Assembly: GCA_016839585.1 (NCBI GenBank) | Contig: JAEOTZ010000007.1 | Location: 1-27,712 of the forward strand | Direction of reading: 5' to 3' | DNA from: Promethearchaeota archaeon | GTDB lineage: Archaea > Asgardarchaeota > Lokiarchaeia > Sigyniarchaeales > SOKP01 | DNA: 27,712 nt | Shown here: positions 1 through 10,162 of the stretch, piece after piece | Layout: every line of letters begins with the position of its first letter | Position numbering within the stretch: the stretch's first letter is position 1 | The notes under the pieces: generated by a model | What the model was told of the DNA's origin: nothing | Seen by the model: only the letters and a program-made list of their open reading frames with translations | Databases searched by the model: none | Position numbers and translations under genes: made by a program

Positions 1-84
1 CCATTTAAAATATTCCTAAGAGATGAAATTGTAGGATATTCTAATATAAATAAATTATTTGAACTAACTCTTGATGAATTATAA
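1..84 (+). CDS. 3' end of upstream gene (partial), product not determinable
   Basis: Frame 1 open from window start (PFKIFLRDEIVGYSNINKLFELTLDEL*); TAA at 82-84 directly abuts the next ATG at 85. Confidence 0.6.
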   Translation, partial: PFKIFLRDEIVGYSNINKLFELTLDEL

Positions 85-1233
85 ATGAATGAAAAAGAAA
101 TTTTAGACGTAATACAATCCTGTATTGATTGTAAATCATGCATGGATTCATGTGATACTTATTCTGTCACTCAAGAAGAGTTAAAATCCCCAAATGGACG
201 ATTAAATATCTCTGAAAAAGTCTTTAAAAATGAAGAAATTTCTGAAGAAGAACGAATTGGATTATACACGTGTACTTTATGTGAGATGTGTGATCGAGTT
301 TGTCAGCAAAATATCCCAATCACAGATATTATTCATTCAGCTAAGATAAAATTAGTAGAACAAGGGAAAGCACCTTTAGATATTCATAATAAAATTATTA
401 AGGGAATTATTGAAAAAGATAATAGTGTTAATGGAGATCCTGAAAAACGATTGGATTGGATTCCAGATATATATCGTGATGCTGAGCTCTTTGAAAAAAA
501 AAAATCTGATACATTATTATTCTTAGGATGTATGTCTTCTTTTCGAGTAAAAGAAAGTGCTAGTGCTTCATATATACTTTTAAAAGAAGGAAATTATGAT
601 TTCAAAATTTTAGAAAAAGAACCTTGTTGTGGTGAGTATATCTATTCTGCTGGAAATCTTCATTTAGCTAAAAAATTATTTAAAGAAAATGTTGAGCTTT
701 TTAAAAAGATTGGAATAAAAAATATAATTGTTACCTGTGGTGGATGCTTATATGCGTTTGATAACGTATATCGAAAATATTTCAAAGATTTTAATATTGA
801 AGTAAAACACATAATTGAGGTTATCCATGAATTAGAGAAAAATGGGAAAATAATGTTAAATTCTCTTAATAAATCAATAACTTACCATGATCCTTGTAGG
901 CTAGGTAGAAAATATTTAAATGGTCCCCTTTATAATGAGCCTAGAGAATTGTTAAAGAAATGTGGAATAAAAGTAAAAGAATTGATCGAGGAACATGACG
1001 ATTGTCCGTGTTGCGGATCGGGTTCCGGAATTAGAGGTGTTGATAGCAGTATTTGCATAAAAATCGGCAACCAATTGTTTAACAATATAGAAACTAAGGA
1101 GATAGCATCCTCTTGTCCCTTATGTGTTTTTAATTTTAGATATGTAAATTATAAGACTGAAGCAGGTAAAGAATGTAAATATATAACAGATTTTTTACTT
1201 GAAGCTCTAAAAAAAAATAATAATTCGAATTAA
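85..1233 (+). CDS. Fe-S oxidoreductase, GlpC/HdrD-like (2x4Fe-4S plus two CCG domains)
   Basis: CIDCKSCMDSC and CTLCEMCDRVC ferredoxin motifs; FLGC, EPCCG, TCGGC, YHDPCRLGR, CCGSG, SSCPLC CCG-domain motifs. Confidence 0.9.
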   Translation: MNEKEILDVIQSCIDCKSCMDSCDTYSVTQEELKSPNGRLNISEKVFKNEEISEEERIGLYTCTLCEMCDRVCQQNIPITDIIHSAKIKLVEQGKAPLDIHNKIIKGIIEKDNSVNGDPEKRLDWIPDIYRDAELFEKKKSDTLLFLGCMSSFRVKESASASYILLKEGNYDFKILEKEPCCGEYIYSAGNLHLAKKLFKENVELFKKIGIKNIIVTCGGCLYAFDNVYRKYFKDFNIEVKHIIEVIHELEKNGKIMLNSLNKSITYHDPCRLGRKYLNGPLYNEPRELLKKCGIKVKELIEEHDDCPCCGSGSGIRGVDSSICIKIGNQLFNNIETKEIASSCPLCVFNFRYVNYKTEAGKECKYITDFLLEALKKNNNSN

Positions 1234-2567
1234 CTCTTTATTTTTCCTATTGATTTGGTATCTATTTTTGATTTCATAGCATAGAAAACAACGATTCCAC
1301 AGAGTATAATGATTATCTGAATAAGAATAATATACCAATTAAAAGTGAATAATAAAGCAATGCAGATAATTGATCCTAATAAAGCGATTACTGGATATCC
1401 TTTAATACTCGGTTTTAATTTAAAAGGTCTTTCTAAATCTGGTTTCTTTTTTCTTAAAGCAAGTAAGCTTATATTAACCAAGATAAAATTGATAAGCACA
1501 CCAAAGACAGTGGCATGTGCTACTAGTGATATATCTCCAAATAGGATTGGAATTATCGTAAAGCCCATAGTTAATAGAACAGCAATTATAGGAGTTCTAT
1601 ATTTTGGTGAAATTCTACTGAGTCCCTCGGGAAGCGCTTTATCACGGGCCATACCATACATCATTCGAGATGTAACAATCAGCATAATGAGAACTGTATT
1701 TGCTGTCGCGAATAATGCTATAAAAGACATGACTATTCCCCCTCCTGGTCCTAATATTTCTTTCGCAACAGAATTTAACGGAGCATCAGCATCTGCAATA
1801 TCACCATATGGTAATATACTAACCACTGCAATAGCAGTAAAACAGTAGAGAATAGTAGTAATTATAATCGAATAAATTATAGCTTTCGGTATGTTCTTTT
1901 GAGGTTCTTTAACTTCCTCTGCGATATTAGCAATGTCTTCAAAACCTATATACGCAAAGAATATCAATGCCACAGCTGAAAAAATTACAGCAAAAGATGA
2001 GCCTGATGGAAGTATGAAATAATTTGGCTCCTGTTTTCCAAAAAATCCAATTATAATGATTATAATTAACCCTGATGCTTCAATTAATGTAAATAGTATA
2101 TTAGTTCGAGTAGAAGTTTTAATTCCAATAAAATTTATTATACTAAGGATTAATACAAGAATTATTGCAAAAATAATATTAAGAAATATTGAGGGTATGT
2201 TAATTAAATCAGATAGATACCCCCCAAAAGCTAAAGCAACAGTGGAAGCAGATAGAATACCTGAAAAGATAATTATCCAACCTAAAATAAACGATAGTCT
2301 CCTTTTCTTAAATGCTTCCTCTGTATAAACAAATTCCGCAGCGCTTTTTGGATACATTGCAGAAAGTTCGGCATATGATAATCCTGTTAAAGCTCCAGTG
2401 ATTGAGGCTAAGATAAAGGCTAACCATGATAGATTTCCTGTTTTTCCCACAACTTCACCTATTAATGCGTAAATCCCTGCACCTAACACATTTCCTACAC
2501 CATATACGGTAAGTGCAAATAAGGAAACTCTGCGCTTGAGCTTTGGACTTTTTTTAGGTTCTTCCAT
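1230..2567 (-). CDS. APC-superfamily amino acid permease
   Basis: GNVLGAGIY TM1, SYAELSAMYP, FFAYIGFE, EEVKEPQKNIPKAI, SRMMYGMARD motifs; ~12 TM; ATG 2567 preferred because GGGAG SD lies upstream. Confidence 0.92.
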   Translation of the reverse strand: MEEPKKSPKLKRRVSLFALTVYGVGNVLGAGIYALIGEVVGKTGNLSWLAFILASITGALTGLSYAELSAMYPKSAAEFVYTEEAFKKRRLSFILGWIIIFSGILSASTVALAFGGYLSDLINIPSIFLNIIFAIILVLILSIINFIGIKTSTRTNILFTLIEASGLIIIIIIGFFGKQEPNYFILPSGSSFAVIFSAVALIFFAYIGFEDIANIAEEVKEPQKNIPKAIIYSIIITTILYCFTAIAVVSILPYGDIADADAPLNSVAKEILGPGGGIVMSFIALFATANTVLIMLIVTSRMMYGMARDKALPEGLSRISPKYRTPIIAVLLTMGFTIIPILFGDISLVAHATVFGVLINFILVNISLLALRKKKPDLERPFKLKPSIKGYPVIALLGSIICIALLFTFNWYIILIQIIIILCGIVVFYAMKSKIDTKSIGKIKS

Positions 2568-2666
2568 GATTACTCCCTTTTTCAATATGAATAATTATAT
2601 TTTCAATTTTATAAAAACTATATAGGAAAATTTCAAAATCAGATTTGAATTATTTAGAACTTCCAA

Positions 2667-3182
2667 TTATTTTAATTTCTCAACCCTTACAATGCATGGT
2701 TGCTGTCTATGTTTATGACTTCTTACTTTTTGTAATCTAACTTCTCTTCTTCTTTTAGCTTCTTCATATCTGCGTCGATCCTCTTCTGTTTCTGGGATGA
2801 TCTCTGGAATTTTAACTGGTTTATCATCTTCGTCCAGAGCAACAAAACTTAGATACGCTGATCCGACATGCGTGTGAGTTCCAGTTATTAAACATTCTGC
2901 TTCTATCCTTACTCCAACTTCTAGAGAGCTATGTGCAACATAATTTATTGATGCTTTAGCAAAAACTAAATTTCCTACATAAACAGGAGATATAAAATCC
3001 ATTCTATCAACTGAAGCCGTGACACAATTTCGATGAGTATGCCTTGCTGACACTATTGCTCCTGCTTGATCAACCATTTTTAATATATATCCTCCATGAA
3101 CATTACCAGCAGGGTTGGAGTGTTCTGGCATCATTACTTGGGTAAGCTCAATCCTAGATTCTGAAACTCTTTTTGCTTCCAA
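2667..3182 (-). CDS. Acyl-CoA thioesterase (hotdog fold, YciA-like)
   Basis: HSNPAGNVHGGYILKMVD, VTASVDRMDF, SSLEVGV, FVALD motifs. Confidence 0.92.
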   Translation of the reverse strand: MEAKRVSESRIELTQVMMPEHSNPAGNVHGGYILKMVDQAGAIVSARHTHRNCVTASVDRMDFISPVYVGNLVFAKASINYVAHSSLEVGVRIEAECLITGTHTHVGSAYLSFVALDEDDKPVKIPEIIPETEEDRRRYEEAKRRREVRLQKVRSHKHRQQPCIVRVEKLK

Positions 3183-3398
3183 AATATAATTACCTACTCA
3201 AAATATATTTTGTTATAGAAATACAAATGTCTAAAATGATAATAAAAATTTCTGTTTTAAATTATAATTTTTACTTCTTTCTGCTAATATATCCAACTCT
3301 TTCTTGTAATCATTATATTTAAATTTGAAGTAAATTTTTCTTATTTACTAAAATTTGATTACTCATTCATTAGTAGAATATTGTTAAAGTGGTAATTT

Positions 3399-3899
3399 AT
3401 GCCAAGTTTTAAAGAAACGTATAATGCAATAAAAGAAGATGTAGCGAATGGAGAAAAGAACTTTAATGTTTCTTGCACGATGTTGGATGATGGAATGCAA
3501 TGCAATGTAGTAATGGGAGCTTCTAATCATGAATTTCTAATTGATGCGCCAGTTGGGTTAGACGGTACAGATAAAGGGCCAAGTCCTTTATTAGCAATTT
3601 TAGGGGCGATAGGAGCATGTATTATAGCTGTTACTAGGTTTTGGGCTTTAATTATGGACATCAAAATTGAAAGCCTAACTGTTAATTCAAGAGGGCACAT
3701 TAATCTTGGAGCCCTTTTTGGAATTGATGATAATTTACTTCCTGGCTATGATAAACTTGAACCTGTAATTAGAATTAAAGCAGACGCTCCTAAAGAGAAG
3801 ATTGAAGAAATGATGGAAAAAGTACTTACTCATTGTCCTGTAATAACCAATTTCAACGGAGCTTCACCAATCAAGCCAAAAGTTCAAATTAGAGAATAA
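3399..3899 (+). CDS. OsmC/Ohr-like family protein
   Basis: DAPVGLDGTDKGPSP, GAIGAC and HCPV motifs (two conserved Cys). Confidence 0.85.
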   Translation: MPSFKETYNAIKEDVANGEKNFNVSCTMLDDGMQCNVVMGASNHEFLIDAPVGLDGTDKGPSPLLAILGAIGACIIAVTRFWALIMDIKIESLTVNSRGHINLGALFGIDDNLLPGYDKLEPVIRIKADAPKEKIEEMMEKVLTHCPVITNFNGASPIKPKVQIRE

Positions 3900-3915
3900 A
3901 TATTTTATCTTAATC

Positions 3916-3928
3916 TTTTTTTTTTTTT
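3916..3928 (+). terminator. Oligo-T archaeal-type terminator
   Basis: T13 run starting 17 nt after the OsmC stop codon. Confidence 0.5.
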
Positions 3929-4152
3929 CAGTAGTAAGATGCTAGAGTAAAAATAATTGTTAGAAAATTATTTAGATATTTTTTTTGTAATTTTTTATCT
4001 TGAAAAAGGTATAATAATGTTTATATAAATAATTAAAATAATTGCTAATATTGAGAAAATAGCATATCTCTTTATCTATTAGTAATGCTCCCTTTTATTC
4101 TGTTTTATTTACGTGTTTTTTTCAGAATTATATAAAATAAGAAAAAATTAAC

Positions 4153-4998
4153 TTATTTAAGACCATATTTTGGCTTCTTTTTACTAAAGAAAGCGCTAGC
4201 AGCTTTATTCACATCTGTAGAGGAAAAAGCTAATACAATAGAGCTATTCTCAAATTGTAATATATTATTTAAGCTAGGAGAATCTAAAGATAAATTGAGA
4301 GCTTCTTTTGTCATACGTAGACCTAAAGGGCTTTTAGTCAGCATTTCTTCAGCAAGTTTAGTTGCTTCATCTAGGAGTTTTTCTTTCTCTATAACTTTTG
4401 ATACAAATCCAATTCTTTCAGCTTCTTTTCCACTGACATCTCTTCCCGTGTAAAGTATTTCTGCAGCCCTAGAAAGACCAATCAAACGTGGTAGGAAATA
4501 ACTACCTCCCATATCTGCTCCTGTTAATCCTATATTGATAGAGGCATTAATAAATTTTGCATCTTCAGTTGCTATTCTGATATCTGCTGCCATAGCAAAA
4601 GCAAATCCACCACCCGCGATTGCTCCATGAATAGCGGCTATTATTGGTTGTGAGATTTTTCTCATTTTCATAATTATTTGAGTTATATACCATTGATGAT
4701 ATACTTTCCTTTTCAGAGGTTCTGACATATCTAAAAAGTGAAATTTATCATATCCTTCTGGAATTTCCTTAGAACTTAAAATTAAACCCTCTTGTAAATC
4801 TGTTCCTGCTGAAAAAGCTCTTCCTTCCCCTCGCAAAATCAATACTCTACAATCTAAATTAATCATTAATTGATCCAATATTTGATGGAGTTCTTCTTCC
4901 ATTTGAAATGAAATAGCATTTAGTTTTTCAGGTCTGTTTAAGGTTATGATTCCAATGCCATTTTCTTGTAATTCGAATTTTATAGTCTCATATTCCAT
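4153..4998 (-). CDS. Enoyl-CoA hydratase/isomerase (crotonase) family, paralog 3
   Basis: TLNRPEKLNA, FSAGTDL, QPIIAAIHGAIAGGG, SYFLPRLIG, KSPLGLRMTKE. Confidence 0.93.
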   Translation of the reverse strand: MEYETIKFELQENGIGIITLNRPEKLNAISFQMEEELHQILDQLMINLDCRVLILRGEGRAFSAGTDLQEGLILSSKEIPEGYDKFHFLDMSEPLKRKVYHQWYITQIIMKMRKISQPIIAAIHGAIAGGGFAFAMAADIRIATEDAKFINASINIGLTGADMGGSYFLPRLIGLSRAAEILYTGRDVSGKEAERIGFVSKVIEKEKLLDEATKLAEEMLTKSPLGLRMTKEALNLSLDSPSLNNILQFENSSIVLAFSSTDVNKAASAFFSKKKPKYGLK

Positions 4999-5023
4999 AT
5001 TTATTCACCAATTTTTCAGCTTT

Positions 5024-5884
5024 TCATAATTTTGGGTAATGTGGTTTTCTCTTTTCAAAAAAAGCATTAATTCCTTCCAACAAATCTGTAGAAGTTGAAC
5101 AAAGCATCTGAGTACGATTTTCTATTTGCATTATAGTGTCTAGACTAGGAGAATCAAGGGAAATATTAATAGCTTCCTTAGTCATTCTAAGACCAAGGGG
5201 ACTTTTAGCAAGTAAATTCTCAGCTATTTCACTAGCTGCTTCTAATAATTTAGTCTCATTACCCTTAATTACTTTCAGAACAAGACCAATTCTTTCAGCT
5301 TCTTCCGCATCTATAAAACGACCTGTATATAATATTTCAGCAGCTCGAGACATTCCTATTAGTCGAGGTAAATGATAACTACTTGCTAAATCAGATCCAG
5401 AAAATCCAATATTAATAAACGAATTTGCCAATTTTGCACTTTCTCCCGCAATTCTTATATCAGCTGCCAAAATTAACGTAAAACCTGCTCCCGTTGCAGG
5501 ACCTTGGATAATGACTATAATTGGTTGACTAATTTTTCGCATTTTAACAATTAATTGACTAGCTCTTGCCTGTGCATATATTTTAGCTTTAATTAAGTCT
5601 TTTTCCGGAGCTCTCATGAAGAAAAATTTCTCTTTAAGGGCTTCTGGTTTTTTTTTAGACTGAAGAACTGTGGATTCTCTTAGGTCCAATCCTGCACAAA
5701 AAGCCCTGCCTTCCGCTTTTAAAATAAGAACACGACAATCTAAATTAAGCATCAAATCATCAAATATTGAATGCAGATCTTCAATCATTTGAAAATTCAA
5801 GGCATTCAATTTATCAGGACGGTTTAAAGTTAAGATTCCAATCCCATTTTCTTTTAATTCATATTTAATAGTTTCATATTCCAT
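5024..5884 (-). CDS. Enoyl-CoA hydratase/isomerase (crotonase) family, paralog 2
   Basis: TLNRPDKLNA, FCAGLDL, ADIRIAGE, SYHLPRLIG, AFFEKRKP. Confidence 0.93.
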   Translation of the reverse strand: MEYETIKYELKENGIGILTLNRPDKLNALNFQMIEDLHSIFDDLMLNLDCRVLILKAEGRAFCAGLDLRESTVLQSKKKPEALKEKFFFMRAPEKDLIKAKIYAQARASQLIVKMRKISQPIIVIIQGPATGAGFTLILAADIRIAGESAKLANSFINIGFSGSDLASSYHLPRLIGMSRAAEILYTGRFIDAEEAERIGLVLKVIKGNETKLLEAASEIAENLLAKSPLGLRMTKEAINISLDSPSLDTIMQIENRTQMLCSTSTDLLEGINAFFEKRKPHYPKL

Positions 5885-5935
5885 TTTTCATCATTTTTTA
5901 CATTCATTTTATTCTTTTATTTAATTTAATAATTT

Positions 5936-6790
5936 TTAAAGCAATGGATATTTTGGTTTTCTTTTCTCAAAAAAGGCAGATACACCTTCTCTGATATCTA
6001 GTGATGATGAACATAGAGTTTGTGCACGATTTTCTAATTGAATAATAGTTTCTAAGCTAGGAGAATCAAGCGATACATTAATTGCTTCTTTTGTCATTCG
6101 TAAACCTAATGGACTCTTAGCAAGAAGATTATCTGCAATTTTAAATGCTTCAGCAAGCAATTTATCCTCATCACCTTCAACTATTTTAAAAACAAGACCA
6201 ATTTTCTCAGCTTCCTCAGCATCTATAAAACGTCCCGTATATAAAATTTCTGCTGCTCGAGACATTCCGATAAGTCGAGGAAGGAAATAACTAGTACCTA
6301 CATCAGAACCAGAGAGTCCCAATTTTATGAAAGCATTATTAAATCGTGCTCTTTCACCAGCAATTCTTATATCAGAAGCTAAAGTTAATGCAAATCCTCC
6401 TCCTGCAGCAGCTCCTTGAATTACTGCTATAATTGGTTGACTAATCTTCCTCATTTTTATTATAACTCGACTAAGACGCCATTGAAAGTATAAACTACTT
6501 TTTAAAGTCTCTGGAATATCAAAATAATAAAATTTTTCTTTAAAATCATCTGGTTTCTTTTTAGCCTGAAGTATCGTTAATTCTTTTAAATCTAATCCTG
6601 CGCAAAAAGTTTTCCCAGCACCTTTTAAAATTAGAACACGAGCATCTAAATTCACCATTAAGCTATCTAGTATTGTATGCAGATCCTCAAACATCTGAAA
6701 AGACATAGCATTTAAATTATCTGGTCTATTCAAAGTTAAAATTCCAATACCATCTTCTCTTAAATCAAATTTTATTGTTTCAAAATTCAT
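5936..6790 (-). CDS. Enoyl-CoA hydratase/isomerase (crotonase) family, paralog 1
   Basis: TLNRPDNLNA, FCAGLDL, AAAGGGFAL, SYFLPRLIG, AFFEKRKP. Confidence 0.93.
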   Translation of the reverse strand: MNFETIKFDLREDGIGILTLNRPDNLNAMSFQMFEDLHTILDSLMVNLDARVLILKGAGKTFCAGLDLKELTILQAKKKPDDFKEKFYYFDIPETLKSSLYFQWRLSRVIIKMRKISQPIIAVIQGAAAGGGFALTLASDIRIAGERARFNNAFIKLGLSGSDVGTSYFLPRLIGMSRAAEILYTGRFIDAEEAEKIGLVFKIVEGDEDKLLAEAFKIADNLLAKSPLGLRMTKEAINVSLDSPSLETIIQLENRAQTLCSSSLDIREGVSAFFEKRKPKYPLL

Positions 6791-6839
6791 TTATTTTCAC
6801 TATTTGAGTAATTTAGTTAGAAAATTAAAGAAATTTATA

Positions 6840-7613
6840 TTATAAAGCATTTAAAGTTTTTTTAGCTATGAGAAATAACGTTTTTAAATGCTCTTCAGTC
6901 AAATGAAAATGTAATTCCCACTCATCTTCACATAAGTAATCACTAATTGTAAAAATCACTCCCGCATCTACATTTAAATATTTTGCAACAGTAAATATAG
7001 CAGCTGCTTCCATGTCAACAGTTAAAACATTCTCTTTTTTGTATTTATCGATTTCAGCGAATGTTTCTCGATAAGGCGCATCTGTTGTCCAACTTGTACC
7101 AACAATATAATCTATATTCATATTTTCTAGCACAGCAGTTAGTTTTTTAGATACTTTTTCTGATGAGAATGAGTATTTTTCATGTTTTAGGTAATGATGT
7201 GAAGTACCTTCATCTCTAATAGCTTTATCACATACTACTATACTTCCTAATTTTATATTTTTCTGGAGTGAACCTGCCGTTCCTATTGAGAGAAATAATT
7301 TTACACCAAATGCATTGAATTCTTCTAGTAAAATTCCAACCATAGGTGCTCCAATTCCAAATCCACCGCAAATTCCCATTTGTTCGTTGTTTTCTTCTAA
7401 AATGTAAAAATGATCTCCAAAAACATAATCAACCTTTTTAACTGAATAGTTTTCAATAATATAATTAAATAATGATGGTGAATAGCAAATGATAATCCCT
7501 TTTAGAGGTTCAATATTTGGAATTCTTCCTATTCGTTTTTTGTATTTCCAAAAATCTCTAGCTGTAACGAATGATTTCTCATGATATTTATCTGAATAAT
7601 TTGGAAAGGGCAT
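6840..7613 (-). CDS. Nucleoside phosphorylase (uridine phosphorylase/PNP family 1)
   Basis: GIGAP, SIGTAG, AIRDEGTSHHY, WTTDAPYRET, VDMEAAA, ISD motifs. Confidence 0.9.
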   Translation of the reverse strand: MPFPNYSDKYHEKSFVTARDFWKYKKRIGRIPNIEPLKGIIICYSPSLFNYIIENYSVKKVDYVFGDHFYILEENNEQMGICGGFGIGAPMVGILLEEFNAFGVKLFLSIGTAGSLQKNIKLGSIVVCDKAIRDEGTSHHYLKHEKYSFSSEKVSKKLTAVLENMNIDYIVGTSWTTDAPYRETFAEIDKYKKENVLTVDMEAAAIFTVAKYLNVDAGVIFTISDYLCEDEWELHFHLTEEHLKTLFLIAKKTLNAL

Positions 7614-7714
7614 TTTTTCAAAAATTAATTAAATTTCAATTATTTAATAGAATCAATAATTATAAATAGTATTATCCTTTCAAATTAATTTATATAGACT
7701 AATTTTAAGATATT

Positions 7715-10129
7715 TTGGTTGGTAAGAGATTGATTACTGAGAAGACAACTAAAAGAACAATAAAACTGAAAAATAATCTATTATCAAGTAAATATGAACT
7801 ATGTATCGAACGTATGAAATTTTTTACTGAAATCTATAAAAAATACCCAGATGATCCTGAAATCATAAAACGAGCAAAAGCTATAGCTCATACTTTAAGA
7901 AATATGACCATTTTTATCCGAGAAAACGAATTACTTGTAGGAAATGAGACAAGTAAAAATCTAGGAGAGAAAATCTTTTTAGACTTATACTCGTATGACA
8001 GGACCTTAGATGATCGAAATAGTATTCAGAAATACAAAAATAGAAAACTACAACCCTTCTATCTTGAAGATAATGAAATTGATGAACTTTTAAAAATAAT
8101 TCCTTTTTGGAGAGACAAGGCAGTATATGGTGATATCATTCCGAAAGAATTATTTGCAAAGAAATTAATTACCGGATTAGACAGAATTAAAGCAGCGGCT
8201 CCTAATATAGCTATAGCAAATGGCACAAATGAAGGACATATCTGTGTTAATTATGATAAATTATTGAAATTAGGATTTAATGGTATTCTTAGAGAAGTAG
8301 AATCTTATCAATCATCTTTAAGCAAAAATGATTCGAAATATGAAGAAAAGTTCAATTTTTATGAAGCTGTTAAAACTTGTTATGAAGCGGCAATAAGCTT
8401 TTCTAAAAGATACTCTGATCTTGCTTATAATATGTATTCATATGAAGAAAATAAAAAACGCAAAAAAGAACTTGAAGAAATTGCGAGAATGATGGAAAAA
8501 TTTACTATAGCAACTGCTGAAACATTTTACGAAGCTGTTCAGCTAATCCATTTCACGCAAAATATAATCAATATCATTTATCAGAGAAGTGTAGTAGCAT
8601 TAGGACGGCTTGATCAGATATTATGGCCTTATTTTCAGAGCGATTTGGAAAAGAACACGATTACAAGAGATTTTGCTTTAGAATTGATTGAAGAGTTAAA
8701 TTTGAAGCTAACTTGGAACGTAACATTATTACCAACAGACTATACTATGGTTGCAAATGCTTTTGGGCAAAATACTCAAACCATAACTATATCAGGAGTA
8801 GATATAAATGGGTTTGATATTACAAATGATCTTTCTTATCTATTTCTTGAAGCATATAAAAATATCAAAGCTTTAACTACGGATTTATCAATTAGAATTC
8901 ATAGAGCTACTCCAAAAGAATTTTTCAAAAAAGCAATAAAATTATTTCAATTCACATCTGGAATTGCATTCTATAATGATGATATCATTATACCAGCTCT
9001 AGAAAAAGCAGGTTATTCTTTTGAAGACGCACAAAATTATGCTTTAATAGGATGTGTTGAGCCTACTAGTCAAGGAAATACATTTGCTGCAACAGGTAGA
9101 ATGTATATAAATTTACCGGGTGTTCTCGAATTAGTTCTTAACAATGGATATTGTAATTTAACCAAACAAAAAAGTGGGTTAGAAACAGGAAATCCGATTA
9201 ATTTTGCAACCTTTGATGATTTATATAAGGCATTTATCCAGCAACTACGGTATAATATTGAGAAATCTGTTAAAGTAGCAGAAATAGGCGATAACATGAC
9301 TATAAAGTATTTTCAACAGCCTTTTATCTCTGCTCTAATTGACGGATGTGTAGAAAGTGGTAAAGATTATACTGAAGGCGGGGCTAAATATAACTTCTCT
9401 TCTATAACTGCATATGGCTTTGCTACATTAGTAGATTCGTTGTATAATATAAAGAAATTAGTGTTTGAAGAAAAATTAATGTCATTACCAGAACTAGTTC
9501 AAATTTTAAATTCAAATTTTAAAGGTCAAGAAGAACTTAGACAAAAATTAATAAATAAATATGATAAATGGGGAAATGATAAAGAAGAAATTGATTCATT
9601 TGCCTCAGAATTATGGGATTTATACTGTTCTGAAGTTGTAAAACATAAATGCATTAGAGGAGGTCGTTATAATCCCGGTGCTTATTCAATGGGAGTCCAT
9701 GTAATGGAAGGTCTTTTTACAAAACCTACTGCTGATGGTAGAAAAGCAATGCAACCGATCTCTAATAGCCTTTCACCGGTAAATAAGGTAGAAAAAAATG
9801 GAATTACCGCAACGCTAAATTCAATCGCAAAATTGAATTATGATTTAGCTACAAATGGAGTAGCTGTAAATGTAAGGATCCACCCCCAAAATCTTAAAAA
9901 TGAAGAAAATGTGGATAAATTCTATCATTTGCTTAAATCTTATTTTGAATTAGGAGGAATGCAAGTACAACCTAATGTTGTTTCAACTGAAACATTAAGA
10001 GATGCTCAAAAGCATCCAGAACAATATCCCGATTTAATAGTTAAAGTTGGAGGTTATAACGCAACTTTCGTGGATTTAGGTGCTCCAATTCAAAAGGATA
10101 TAATTGATAGATTAGAATATAACTTCTAA
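7715..10129 (+). CDS. Glycyl radical enzyme (PFL2/eliminase-like), substrate unknown
   Basis: 804 aa; ELLVGN, LGRLDQIL, GCVEP Cys loop, TADGRK, DAQKHPEQYPDLIVKVGGYNATF glycyl loop. Confidence 0.92.
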   Translation: MVGKRLITEKTTKRTIKLKNNLLSSKYELCIERMKFFTEIYKKYPDDPEIIKRAKAIAHTLRNMTIFIRENELLVGNETSKNLGEKIFLDLYSYDRTLDDRNSIQKYKNRKLQPFYLEDNEIDELLKIIPFWRDKAVYGDIIPKELFAKKLITGLDRIKAAAPNIAIANGTNEGHICVNYDKLLKLGFNGILREVESYQSSLSKNDSKYEEKFNFYEAVKTCYEAAISFSKRYSDLAYNMYSYEENKKRKKELEEIARMMEKFTIATAETFYEAVQLIHFTQNIINIIYQRSVVALGRLDQILWPYFQSDLEKNTITRDFALELIEELNLKLTWNVTLLPTDYTMVANAFGQNTQTITISGVDINGFDITNDLSYLFLEAYKNIKALTTDLSIRIHRATPKEFFKKAIKLFQFTSGIAFYNDDIIIPALEKAGYSFEDAQNYALIGCVEPTSQGNTFAATGRMYINLPGVLELVLNNGYCNLTKQKSGLETGNPINFATFDDLYKAFIQQLRYNIEKSVKVAEIGDNMTIKYFQQPFISALIDGCVESGKDYTEGGAKYNFSSITAYGFATLVDSLYNIKKLVFEEKLMSLPELVQILNSNFKGQEELRQKLINKYDKWGNDKEEIDSFASELWDLYCSEVVKHKCIRGGRYNPGAYSMGVHVMEGLFTKPTADGRKAMQPISNSLSPVNKVEKNGITATLNSIAKLNYDLATNGVAVNVRIHPQNLKNEENVDKFYHLLKSYFELGGMQVQPNVVSTETLRDAQKHPEQYPDLIVKVGGYNATFVDLGAPIQKDIIDRLEYNF

Positions 10130-10162
10130 ACCATTAAAAGAATAAAAAAAAGGAAAATATTT

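Noticed and set aside
1345-2328. + strand ORFs 1345-1848 and 2056-2328
   Set aside because: Antisense shadows of the APC permease with no motifs
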